Shown here: piece by piece, positions 44,483-56,688 of the stretch | How positions within the stretch are numbered: position 1 is the first letter of the stretch | How the letters are laid out: each line of letters opens with the position of its first letter | From: Penicillus capitatus | Lineage: Eukaryota; Plantae; Chlorophyta | NCBI GenBank assembly: GCA_965649825.1 | Contig: OZ287694.1 | Coordinates: 2,368,902-2,432,901 of the forward strand | Length of the DNA stretch: 64,000 nt | Direction: 5' to 3' | The notes under the pieces: model-generated | The model's database searches: none | What the model saw: the letters and a program-made list of their open reading frames with translations, nothing else | What the model was told of the DNA's origin: nothing | Program-made: the position numbers and the translations under genes

Positions 44483-47400
44483 TCATTGATTGGATGGCGC
44501 GCCTCTTACAACGAATGGCTGTATTTTCTGTTTCATTCTCTTCTCCATAATAAGCACCAGTCGGATCATTCGGCGAATTGGGTTTTTGGGAATGTCTGTC
44601 ACTTCCAGGAGCTCCAACTTGGCTTCGATACACTTGTCTACGTAGACCAAAACAGCAAACAGAACAGCGGCCACCAAGAGAGAATTGAGCACCACCAGAA
44701 TGATTGTCAAAAAGCCTTTTGCATATTCAGAAGTGTTGGTATCGTTGAAGACGACGCCACCGTATAGAGTGACGATCGAAACAATCAAAGAACAATTTTC
44801 CAAAACGTTGAGGCGAGGGTATTTGAAAGGTGCTGCAATCAAATGAACGACAAGAGCTAGATTCAGTATTCCTAGTGCCATCATCGCTTGAAGATTAGAT
44901 CCCAAGGAATAAGCAAAAACAACAATCGCACCAATGGAGGCTTTGCGAAACAGAATGGTGACTTCCCAGTACATAAACCTATCTCTGTAGTTTTGATAGA
45001 TAAAACCATAAGTGTTGAGCATATAAGGCTCCATAAGCTGTTTCTTTTGACGCTTGTAGAAAAGAAGGATTAGGAGGTAAAACGGGATGCCGCACAGAAA
45101 GAACACGATGCCCGGAATTCCGATAAAACCAACGAGAAATGTGTGATTCCGACTGAAGCATTCGATGTTCGTATCCTGTGTCCAGTAGTAACCGTCTGCT
45201 ATGGAGAAGTGCGAGTAGCTGATATTGTTCTCAGGGTCGTCAAACTTCTCTGCTCTGGACATGGCATCGGAGTCCAGACGAATGCAGCTGATGGTTCCCA
45301 TGAGGTCTTCTGAGATGGACTGATAGGCAAAGAATCCGACGACGAGGAAGCTGATGATGAGCCTCGATCTGAGAAACTGCCGGCGAACGTGGGGCGTCGA
45401 ATTAGGGTTGGAGCGCATGACCAGACACTGGGCGACAAAAAAGGACATGGCCAGCAGCATCAGGAAGAAAGGGAAAGAGACGCGAAGAAGGACACCGTAG
45501 ATGGAGCGGGAGTCGGAATCCATGTCGAACAGACACGTCATCGGAGTGAATCCGGCACCGTTTGAGAAGCCCGCCACCGAATCTGGACACAACAGTCAAG
45601 CACGCAGATTAGAAGAGGGGACGTACTTATTCCAGCCAACATGTTTCTGATCGAATCCCTCCACTCCAGGTTGATATTCACAACAATGGCTGTCACTTGG
45701 GAGAAGTTGACAAAGATCTGCAAACGCGTTACGGTGTTGCAGAAGAGGGACAGCGAAGAGATAGATGACCTTGATGGTTTCGGAAACATGCTGAGCTGCA
45801 ATGATGTAATCGGTAGAGTATTGCTGACTCGGTGATATTTCCACCCCAATGGAGGGGGAGGACACAGGTGCAGGAGTCTGGTGCGGTGTGTTCAAGAATC
45901 GTACAGGTTGCACTTCAATTTCGGTTTGCGCCACGTCCCCAGTGAGAGAACGCGAACTGGTTGCGGCGTTTATCGAACGCCGCGCCATGAATGTAGAATG
46001 AGGACTTCTACTCTTCTTTGACTGGCCTTGCGCTGCTGCCATTGCGGCGTGTTGCTGTGCATTGTCCATCGTCTGTTTCATGTCACGACCAGAGACCAGG
46101 GCACTTCGAATCGTGATGGCCAGGAAGATCAATTGCCACAGTCCCAGCAAGGAGATCACAATGGCCGTGGAAGTTTTGGTACTGCATTCCACACACGTCT
46201 TGCCATTGGCAAGTCCGTAGCCTCCTGCACAAGATCCGCAGAGAGGTCCTTCGTATCCCGCGGAGCACTGTGCGTATTCTTCGTTGCTGAAGACTGGATG
46301 CTTTTCCTGATCGAAACGGTCCAGGAATTCCTGAATCTTGGCATTGCGCATCTTCTCAAGGACCTCGTGCCGATTGCCGTAGGAGCAAGCATCGTTGTGG
46401 AAGCACTCGTGCATGATCACTGAGAAGGGGCTGGAGTGCCAGTAACCCGATGTGGGGATCAGCGATGCATTCCCCTCACACCTGGCGTTGTCGGGACAGT
46501 CTTTGCAATCATCGACATCCACGTAGAACGTGAACGATTCCAGAGCACAGGCTTCACAGACAAAGCTTTCGCTGTTGTAACGTTCTCCCAGATGACACTC
46601 CCTCAACGTCACACTCGCACTGACTGCCTCGATCTTGCCAACGCGGGCAGAGAAGATGATTTCGTACCGTCCAGGGAGGGCGCTGAGACATAGTGCATCG
46701 AAGACAACTACACCGTTTGAAGCCGTCGATACAACTTGACCGGCAGCAATGGACTCATTGCTGTCCCGACGCACTGCCTCCACGCTGACAGTCATAAAAG
46801 CATCGACGATTCCACCGGTGACAACCTGATCCAACCTGTCCACTACTTGGATTTCGATCGGAGGCAGAGAGTGTGCTTGACCACTGGACTGGTTGGCGAT
46901 TAGGATACCGGTTGTGGGATCTGTAATCGGATGACGGATGCCCAAACGGACAGCCGTTCCTGCGATATCTTTTCCGTACCCATCTCTGCCGACCTGGTTG
47001 TTGATGAATCTGTCTCTCTTCTTCATCTTGTCTAATGTCTGGTAGTTGAAATCTCTGTCGACTTCAGCAACCTCAGAATAGTACACGTGTCTGAGATTTG
47101 AGACCATCAAGGCACCACCGGCAGCCTGGGCTCTGTTTCTTTCAAATGTCAGAGCTCGGAGATTTAAGTTTCGGCACGGATTGCTCGTGAGCAAGGTGGA
47201 AGTTTGATCTCCACTGGACGGACAGTCGGACTTCCAGTCGATGTCCTCTTCGGTTGATATCATCATAGCACCACCAACGGTTGCAACATTTCGAGTGAAG
47301 TTGCTTCTGCGGATTTCTATCGTTGCGGATACTCTGTCTGCGATGCCGTTGAGATCCATGCAGATGGCACCTCCTCCGCCTGGGAGACACGGATTGGCAC

Positions 47401-49501
47401 TTGTGGGATCAAGAAGATCGGCATCCGAAGATAGAAGGTCTTCATCTTTCAAGGAAGCTTCGAAAAAACGTTGAGTGGATTGAACGGCCGCATTTGGATA
47501 CTCCAATGAATCTGGGAAAACGGCGGAGAGGTTGGAATGCGCCATGTTGCCTGAGAACTTCCCGGAGGCCAGATTGAATCTGTTTAGGATCGAGTTTGAC
47601 GCCTTGTAGTAGATGGCACCTCCACAGATGGCAGAGTTTCTGGTAATTTGAGAAAAATCTTAACGAAAGGCAGCTTTCGAACCAGTACTTACCCGAGGAA
47701 CTCATTGCGTGGAGGATCCATGATTCCAAAAGCTTCGGTGTTCGAGTCCGCTCCTCCTCCACACATGCGGACAGTAGAAACACTTTCCACATACATCGCG
47801 CCTCCTTTCTGTGCCGAGTTGTTGTGCATTCGTATATCATTCAGTGACAGATCACTTCCAGCTTTCGAGTTAATGAAGCAGACGGCGCCTCCATTCCGTT
47901 CTGCTTTGTTTTGTACATAGAAGACTCTATTTATGTGTATGTTTCCCGAGCCAATGCCAAACATGGCACCACCATCGAAAGCCACATTGTCTTCAAAACG
48001 CGAAGCAGCGTCGTCCGAATAGCCTTCAGAAAGAGTGAGTCCAGCTCCGTTAGTCAGAAGAATAGCCCCGCCCACAAATGCAGTGTTGTTTTTGAACACT
48101 GTTGTTTTGGCTTCCGGAGCAGCAATGTTGCGGAAAACGACGGCACCCCCTCCCAGCAATGCCCTGTTGTTAGTGAATTGGCAATTGTTTATTCCACACG
48201 ATGATTCGATTGGGGCAACGTAGTGGAATGCTCCCCCATAAACGGCGGAGTTATTGTCAAAGGTACACCCTTCGATGTCCATCTCTGGTGCAATCTCAAA
48301 AGCTGCAAAAATAGCCCCTCCCATTTGCAAGTCCGATTCGCCCATGGTGTTATGGGGCGGTTCGACAAAGTTACCCTCGAAGTTAGAGTTCCGAACAGTG
48401 ATCTTCTGATTGTCACTGAAGTGGATGGCGCCTCCTGCTGGGACAGCATGGTTTGATTTGAATGTGCACTTTTCAATGTCGACTTCAGCGTAATCTGCGA
48501 CATAAATGGCTCCACCGGAAGGCGTAGGCAGACGAAAATCCACGTAAGGATTGGTCTCCAAAGGGTTGCCACCATTCTCTGTCAGACCAGCTTGATCACG
48601 TCCGCCGCGCAGCACACTGTTTCCCTCAAATGTTGAATCCACGATCGTGATCTGGGACGTCTGCAGCTCTGCTTCGGCCTCTCTGGGCTGCTGGTTGACA
48701 AGGATGGCGCCTCCGGTATTTGATGCCACGTTCGCGATGAAAGAAGAGTTCTCGACGCGCAGAGAGTGTCCGTGAAAGGAGATGGCTCCACCCCCGATTC
48801 CAGTATTTCTCTGGAAACGGCAGCCGAGTATCTGAGCGTGAACCTCAGCCTCAGCATGAAATCCGCCGCCAGCGCTGAGTTCATCTGCTTCGACGTTGTC
48901 AATGAAGTCCACATTTGTTAGTGTGACGTCCAGTCTCTGCGGAGGACGAGATTGACATTCTGGATCGAACGGATCATCGCAAACCGCTGTCTTGTCGAGA
49001 ACATGGACTGCAGTCTTCGTGCAATTTCGCAAGATCAAGTTTTCGATTTCGATTCCATTCGCACTACATTCCCAAACGTCACATCGCGAATGCTGAAAGA
49101 ATCAGTGAACGCACTGTATCATGAAGCCTTCTTCGTCTTTGGCGCACGTCAAACTCGGCCGGACGTTAGGGTCCCCGCGGAACGTCAGACGCGGAGTGTT
49201 GACTTCGATGGCGGACGGCAGCTGTATGTCCTCGGTGACGACGAAGACGGCATTCCGCCGGGCACCTGCGACCAGCTCGTTGAATTGATGCACGTTTTGG
49301 CTTGTGATGATGATTTCTTTTCCACCGCGCTGCTGCAGCTGTCGCGTCTTTGTCACTGCGCGACGGAAAACACAAACACGGTTTATCTCTTCCTAAGACA
49401 ATTAAACAAAACGCACTGATTTCTTCGCCCGAAACGACACATCGTTGCATAATAAAGACAAAAGCCATGGCAATATGCAAAAGATACGCTCTCTTCGACA
49501 T
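44483..49501 (-). CDS. Giant membrane protein: signal peptide, GGA(I/L/V)/FxxN beta-helix (Pmp-like) repeats, Cys-rich stalk, about 9 TM segments
   Basis: Repeated FxxN...GGA motifs (48-49 kb); CEAC/CKDC/CSAGYEGPLCGSC; YGFIYQNY..YWEV..LFRK and PFKYPRLNVLE in the TM region; exons join through short GT-AG introns. Confidence 0.88.
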
Positions 49502-50917
49502 CTGTTCAGGAACGGTCTTTTTGCTGCCTTCTTAAAGAGTAAACAAAACGCAAACGAGATACTTTGGATTGTGCGGCGAGAAGTATCGTCGAGTTTTCGG
49601 AAAGGAAACAGAGACGGCTTTCGCTACTTGAACTCTTTCGGTCGTTAGTGCCACCAGATGTCTAGCAGTCAAAAAAGAGTGGCAAAAAGACACGCCACAT
49701 GCGATGTGACAGTTGTCCTTGTCGCGACGCTCGTAAATGGCCTAAACTACCGTTGAACATGGAACAAAAGCGTTCGCTCGCCGTCAAGGACGTTTTACCC
49801 TCGCCACTCACAAAGCCTCAAGCTGCAGTGCCACGATGAGCCGAACGCGATCTTCTTTGTGTGTGTTGCATCCCCTTCTGTCTTCTAAATGTCGATGGAT
49901 TCGATAAAATGTGCAGAAACGCGAGAATTGAAACCTGACAATCGAAGAAGTCGACAATGTCGAAGGGGTGTCTCCCTGCGTCGGAGAACTTCTCTATTGT
50001 CGTTTACTTCGTCGTGTCGCGAAGCATTCGAAGAAGAAGAGGTCACCAGAGATGTGATCGAAAGCGTGGTAGGGAACAAGCCATTCGCGACAACCAGCAC
50101 GAGGCTATCTTTCAATGCATGTCGGCGAATTTTAAGTCCCCTAAGTGCTGTTGTTCAAGATCGGGAAGCTAGCTTTGAAGGCTGACGGACGCAGGTCCTC
50201 TTGGATGCGAGTCGCCGGCGAACTGTGTGGTTAGTAACTCTTTAACTAATGACGCGTGCTTTAAACTGTCAGGTCTGAATACCGGAAACCTTACGTGTCA
50301 CCTCATCTGTCATCGTTACGTCATGCACGTTAGTGTTTCTACCGTTGTCAGTGGACAGCTGTCCAAAGAATTACATAAATTCTGACAATTATTGTACAAA
50401 CAGTCTTTGTAAGCCTTACGCCTTCGTCGTTAACCCGTCCGTTGACAAAACACGTCACCGTCCATCTCATTTTCGACGTCGGGCCGTTTCCGAGGCACAC
50501 CTCTACCGCCCCAAGGACTTACGGCACCGTTCACACCAGCCATTTCTGATACATCCGTCGGTTGCACCGCAATCGTTACTCAAAACTCTTGTCAACAATG
50601 TCCACGCAAGAGAAACTAGTAAGAAAACCGGACGAATCACGATAGGTGGCTTGCATTCTTTGCGGCTGGCATCACTGTTTGTTACAAAGCATACGAAGAC
50701 GCACGACTTCACGTGTTTTGACACACTTGTCGTTGACACGAAGCAAGACAGTCAGATTACATGATGCAATGCAACACTACGTACTTCGTCAGTCTTGTTG
50801 AGACGTTCGCGAAAAACTTATCACGCATGAGTCAAACATGACATCACGCATGACGCCCACGATGAGAAGCACCACGTCATGTGGCATTCCGACTATTTAA
50901 AGGGTCATGATTTTTTT

Positions 50918-51627
50918 ATGCGCCATAGTTCAAGATACTATTGCGACGTACCTTTCCCGCGTGTCCATCCGACCACGCAGGCGGAAGCCCGAGACCCGCC
51001 ATTCACATGGTATCGAAGCGAAACTATTCTCAGGATCCCCAACGAATATCTACGAGCTCAGTTTGCGGAGTGGTTTCCAAATCGCGGTTCCGCTTAGTTG
51101 TTGTTGTTGTGGCCTTAGTCATTTCCCCAGAGCGTTTGCAGAGACCCATGGAGACACCCAACGAAGATGTGCGAACACGGCATAGCGAGAGAAGTCGTTT
51201 TCGTCGCGGGCCCTACTTCGAAGAGCTAATTTCGTGCTTCCGTGCGCTTGCCGAGAAGAAGATATCCGCTGCGTATTTCAAGACAAGCGCTTCCGCTCTT
51301 CAAACATTTGTGGAGATTCCGGGAAAGTGAACATAAAGAGGAGTTGGATATTCGGAGTAAGACTTTGCGAGCAGCTCGGCCGTGGGAGAGTGGATGCGTC
51401 CATGTCAAGAGTGCCTCGGAGTCTTCGTTACAGACTATTTAGACGGGGAGGTCGCAGTCGCGCACAAACCGTCCCGCGTGGCGCTACGCCGGCAGACGAT
51501 TCAGTGGTGGAGGCCATGGCATAAGAAAGGCGAGAGAGGCATGCGCAATAATGTGACTGACTCTCCATGGTCGAAGCATGGGTATTTAACGCGAGAACTG
51601 TTCTGTTGTATTCGTCTAGCTGTGTAA
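50918..51627 (+). CDS. Hypothetical 3-exon protein (about 200 aa)
   Basis: TATTTAAA about 25 nt upstream; two short GT-AG introns give one continuous frame ending LAV*; no motif recognised. Confidence 0.45.
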
Positions 51628-52046
51628 CTAACCATTATCGATGGAGTTTTCCGCCACCGGCACGTCCTCCTCGAGTCCTCGCATGCCCCACGAGTCAGAA
51701 CAAGTTCGTGCCAAACATGAGGAAATCTGGGAGAACGTCTAGCTCGAGGGGAATGGCAAGGAAACTTCATAGGAACGGTGCTTGTTTTCGGTTTGCATGT
51801 TCAAATCTGTGTGGAATAAACACACTCCTATCGAAGCAAATAGTTAAAGTGAAGCGACACAAAAAGCGGAATGTATCGGCAGAACGGACATCTGAGTTTT
51901 ACGTTCGATGTTGAGGGAAGCACTCTGGAAAGATGGTATGTAGCAGCATGCGTTAGGGTTTATTAAAGAAATGTGACCATGGAGCGGGGCCTTGCAATCG
52001 ACGAATCGTGTTTGCGCTAGTGTCCTTCTCCGCTGCCGGTCCGGCC

Positions 52047-52271
52047 CTACGCACTACGATATCGTGCGATACAATACAGCGTTGTCCGTGATGTAACGTT
52101 GACGGAATAGCGACGCCTTTTGTGGTGAAGACTGTCGAAATCTAGTACCTCTTGTGAAGAACTTCCTCCTGCAGCCTCACCCTCCATGTCCCATAGAATG
52201 TCCTCGGCATGGACGCGTATCCCCCTTTGCTTGCGCGGCGGCGGAGAGGTCGACGGGGAGAGTGAGTGCAT
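52047..52271 (-). CDS. Short hypothetical ORF downstream of a heat-shock-element promoter
   Basis: The segment RVHAEDILWDMEGEAAGGSSSQ is kept in frame in the inverted copy at 59959-60024. Confidence 0.3.
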   Translation of the reverse strand: MHSLSPSTSPPPRKQRGIRVHAEDILWDMEGEAAGGSSSQEVLDFDSLHHKRRRYSVNVTSRTTLYCIARYRSA

Positions 52272-52571
52272 GATTCGTCTCCAGGTTGGCTCATCTCACA
52301 AGCGCAGCGGATGTCTTGAAGAAAGATGAGGATGGGCAGGAATTTCGGATGCCGTGCCACCGGTTGCAGCGAAAGGACAACTTGTTACAACGATGATAGA
52401 CAGCAAGTGTTTTGTCAAACAGAAACAGATCGTATGCGATTCACAGACACAAGTGTAAACTCAGATGTCAAGCGAAAGAGGTGTTTTGTGTCCGACCCTC
52501 GCTTGAAAACTCAATCCCCGATGTGACGACAGGAAGAACACATGAAATTCAAGACTGAGTCCCCAATGAGA

Positions 52572-52584
52572 TTCTAGAAGCTTC
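52572..52584. promoter_or_regulatory. Heat shock element (TTCnnGAAnnTTC), copy A
   Basis: TTCtaGAAgcTTC, a perfect three-unit HSE. Confidence 0.6.
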
Positions 52585-53128
52585 CTAGGAACGTCAGTGT
52601 GAACTTCATAAGACCTTACTCCTAGTCATTCTGACGCACGCCTACTCATCACGACGTCCCATCGGCGTTCCTTCAAAAACGCACCACCATACTTTGACAG
52701 ATATGATTACTCTTTGGTCTCACGATTGCACACTTCACGTATGATGCCTATCCTTCTTCGACTTTCAGAGGTAGATGTTTCGGTGTTAACGCGTTAGAAG
52801 ACTTTTGCTCTCTCGCGAGTTGCCGTTTGGCGACACGAGACCGTTTCGTCGGTTAAGACCTCGAAGAGATTCGTAGCAATCGAACGACGTGCGTGCAAGC
52901 TGATTCGCAGCAACCATCGTCCGTTCAAAAGCATGTCCGTCGCACAGCGCCCCAATAACCCAGATGGAAAAAAGCAGCTGTCACATCAACTTCTCATTTA
53001 TTGACGCTCGCTTCGGCACATGAAATACAGTAATGAACGCGGAATATCCAACGATATTCCGACGATAATGTATCGACTACTGTGTCTTTATTGAACACAG
53101 CATTTGGCAGTTCTGTAAGATGATTGCG

Positions 53129-54257
53129 TCAAACGGAATCTCCGAAACTTCTGCCCAGCTCTTCGTTAATTGCAGCTCGCATCTCTTCGTAGCTGCTGTG
53201 TCCTGTGACCGGCTGCATCATGGCACGCCACTTTGCGTCCATCTTCTGATGCATCTCTTCGGAGAGCAGTCTATTCCCATCTCCCAGCCTCCCATTGCGA
53301 ACTCTGCCTTCGTGCGTATGGACACCGTAATAGCGCGGAAGGCCCAGCGCCTCGTTCCTGGCGATCTTGATCTGATGCGAATCGAACTTGTGCTTGTGCT
53401 TCTTCATGAAGTCGAAGGACGCCTAAGAACTGTCTATCGAACAACAGGTAGAAACATCGACGGAGAAATGCTTTGCCTGTTCCTCCACGAGCTTCAGCAG
53501 CTTGGGATCGTCTGCTCCCACGTTCAGAAACTGAGCGACCAGGCGGATGCATTGCGTCAGATCGGCCTTCATGTCCTCGTAGTGCAGCCACAAGACGTCT
53601 GCGTCTTTGCGGCGAGGATACCACGAAACTGGAAAACAAACACAGTCAGTGAGAGACTCGAGCGCCATCCATCCCTTACCCATATGCTGCATTTGCGGCG
53701 CGTTGGCCAGAGGCATGTTCGATACCTCTTGTATCATCATCCACTCAACAAACTCGTCCATATTTATTTCGCCTTCCTCGAACACCCAGTTCTGAAGAAA
53801 GAAGTAATAGGATACAGTAGAGTCCTTCGGATTTCTGCGAAGCAGTCGACGGTGCGTACGAATCAGCAGCAAGACGCATACCCCACCTGACCAGAACGAT
53901 GTGCTTGCCGAATCCCTTAATGGCCATGTCATAAAGGCAATGCGTCCTGAAGAGACGGGGCGGCTCGAATGGCTGGGACGACTCCAGTTCGCGTTCGTGC
54001 TCATACTCGTAATAGAACTCGATGAATGGGATGACGAAATCGACTTCGTCGAAGTTCATGTCCCCTCCGGAACGAAGTCCGTGCATAATCTGCTGCATCC
54101 AAGCCGTTCCTGACTTTATTCCCGTCGACAAGAGAACGTCGTCTGGACTCGGCTGGAAACGCAGCGTCTTTTCGAGGTACTTAGGGTTTCCCGCCGAAGA
54201 AAGTCGATGAAAAAATTTCTGAACACCCGGAGGAGGTTCTGCTCCCGAAACATTCAT
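53129..54257 (-). CDS. Cytosolic-type sulfotransferase 3 (4 exons)
   Basis: Same motifs as SULT2 and near-identical to it over about 1 kb. Confidence 0.9.
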
Positions 54258-54440
54258 CTCGAAAACGTATTTGCTGAAAGCATACAGACGGAAGAAAGAG
54301 CAACGGATTGAAAAACTGACTGCGAGACTCTACAAAACAAATTTCGAATGATTACGAATGCAACCATTACGCGAAAAGACGTTTCCGGCAAAGATGACGT
54401 CACTTGCGTCCAAGACGTACGACAGCATCTACAGACACGT

Positions 54441-55195
54441 CTACGGCACAGACGCTTCCTCCGTTTCACACTTCTGTTTCTTCCTGGGGACGTCGAGCTG
54501 GTTCTCTTCGAGATCCAGATCCACGTGTGTCACGTCGAGGGCACAACACTGAGCGGCGTCCACATCCAACAGATCCGCCAGACACGGATGCGTTCGGCCG
54601 AAGTCCCCGTGGACGAACTCCTTTATGTAGCACCCCGCCGACGTGCAGACCTCCAGTGTCAGATACCGTCTGTGGTGCCTGACCGCGGCGGCTTTCATCC
54701 AGTGGACCACTTTGCTGCGTGCCGCGTTGGCCCGACGGTGCGCCACTCGAAGGGGCGTCCACTGCGTGACATCCACGTCTCTGAGGCCGTTGAGTCGCTC
54801 TATGTCACTCGACGTGACGTCCCGGGAGATCCACACCAGTGCGAGATAGCTCTTCTGCATGTCTTCCTCCCCGGACTTCATGCAGAGAATGGAATCCCTT
54901 TTCGCCACCTGCCAGTCCCGAACGAGCACGCCTGTAGTCCGATCCGACGTCTCTCTCAGCAGCTGATCCAGGTCCTCCCTACGATCCAATCCAGAACGCG
55001 ATTGGAAGGGGAGCTGTGGCTGTGGACACAAGACGTAGTGAGTGTCTGGGGATGAGGGTTTGTGATCTCGAAAGTGAAAGGCCGTTCTGTGCCCAGATTT
55101 CGAACATCCATGTCTTCCCGACCGGGGGGAATGAATTTAACGCTGTCACTGGTGATACCCTTACCGAGTCCCTGCGAAGCGAGCTGGCAAGTCGT
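54441..55195 (-). pseudogene. PUS10: Pus10 fragment B (catalytic and C-terminal half; 5' half absent at the retroelement boundary)
   Basis: GREDMDVRNLG..RPF, QKSYLALV, TPLRVAHRR, AGCYIKEFVHGDFGRT.P and LDV motifs. Confidence 0.85.
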
Positions 55196-55641
55196 TTTCC
55201 TGACGTAAGCGACCTGAGCCGGCACCCTATCGTGCCCGCAATGGAGCCCCTCCGAGTAAGAGAGAGAAGTTTGTGGGATTTACACGAACTTTGAATCCCT
55301 CCGAGCAAGAGCCGACGAAGTCTGCTGGACACCACCCAGACAACAGGGACTGCGCACGTCCTACAAGACGGAACAAGACGCCGATCAACGCAAGATAGCC
55401 GAACAGCTAGAGCACTATGTTCAACGAGGCTATCTCCGACTAGTCTCCATGAGTGAGCGAGTGGCGTTGCGCCCGTTCTATCTATCTCCAAGAAGGATGG
55501 AAGCTACAGATTCACCAACGATTTTCGTTGGTTGAACGCTCACTTCAAGAAGCATGGAATGACCTAGATCGATGGCTAGCGGCGACTGTGGGACGTGGAT
55601 CCAGCCTGGAGATACTTTGCCAAGCTAGACCTTAAGGACGG

Positions 55642-55791
55642 TGTGAGCGACAGACGCTCGCGACAGAGACGGATGGGACATAATGATAGAAGATAAATTG
55701 TCGCGAAAAACGACAGAGCGTCCCTTTAAAAAAGTTTCGCTAGGGTTTTGTGTTTCGCCGCGATTTTCGCGTTCGCAATGCAAATAGCACA
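55642..55791. mobile_element. 150-bp solo-LTR-like insertion in the RT
   Basis: TGTG...CACA ends with 5-bp TSD GACGG (55637-41 and 55792-96). Removing it restores DLKDGFFAIPL. Confidence 0.85.
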
Positions 55792-56482
55792 GACGGCTTC
55801 TTCGCAATCCCATTGTGCCCGGAACTACAGACCGCGTTCGCCTCCACGTGGCAGGATCACCGCTACGCCTGGTAGCTACTGTCGCAAGGATGGTCCTGGA
55901 GTCCGATACTCTTCGCAGAACGTGTCGCAGAGATTGTCCAGGGGCTCGGTGCGGTACAATATGCTGATGATCTCCTTGTCGGTGGCACCACCCTGAGGAT
56001 CTCTGTGACCGCGTCCGAAGTATCTTTGCTCGCTTTCAGGAGTTCGGCCTCAAGATCAATCTGGCAAAGACCGAGTTCTTGCTGACGAAGGTTAAATTCC
56101 TGGGGATGGAGCTGTCACATGGGTCGTGGACGCTCACGGAGTAATTTCGCAGCCGCTGGGCGCAGTTCGGAGAAGTGACGCATTAGAAGGATCTTGAACG
56201 CCTCATCGGGGTGCTCTTCTATCCGAGGCGAACCATCATAGACTTCGAGAGACCTATGGTGCCCCTTCGACAGCTACTCGCGTAGGCCAAGGCAAGAAAG
56301 CAGAGCAACGAATGGTGGGGCCAGGCTCGGCGCGAAGTCTGGGAGGTACTGCTGCAAGCGCTGGACCGACAAGTGCTCCTTGAGCTGCCCGGACTCCGGA
56401 CGAAGCAATACATCTTGGAAACGGACTGGTCGGGTGAATACGTGGGGTATCTGCTGTGGGCAAAGGGGCTTGAGCGGGAACA

Positions 56483-56688
56483 TGACGGGGATACGTCGGA
56501 CAGTGGCGCGACGCGGACGCGCCAACGCGTGTGCGGAAGTGGAGGGACTGTGCAGAGTCAAAGCTAAGACTGATTACATCGCGCGCCCAGTCAGCTTTAT
56601 AGCCCTGGCGCCCGCGGACCGCTGTCATGTCAAGCAGCGGACAGCCTGTCCGGTCCGCGGGGCCGCAACCGTTATCACGTACCCATCA
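56483..56688 (-). mobile_element. 206-bp solo LTR in the RNase H
   Basis: TGA(C/T)GGG..TACG terminal inverted repeat, TG...CA ends, 5-bp TSD GAACA (56478-82 and 56689-93). Minus strand has TATAAAG then TGTAA. Removal restores EREHLVDRGSK. Confidence 0.88.

Noticed and set aside
44483-49501. Chlamydial Pmp autotransporter acquired by HGT
   Set aside because: GGA/FxxN repeats are widespread beta-helix motifs. The gene has introns and an alpha-helical multipass C-terminus, not a beta-barrel.
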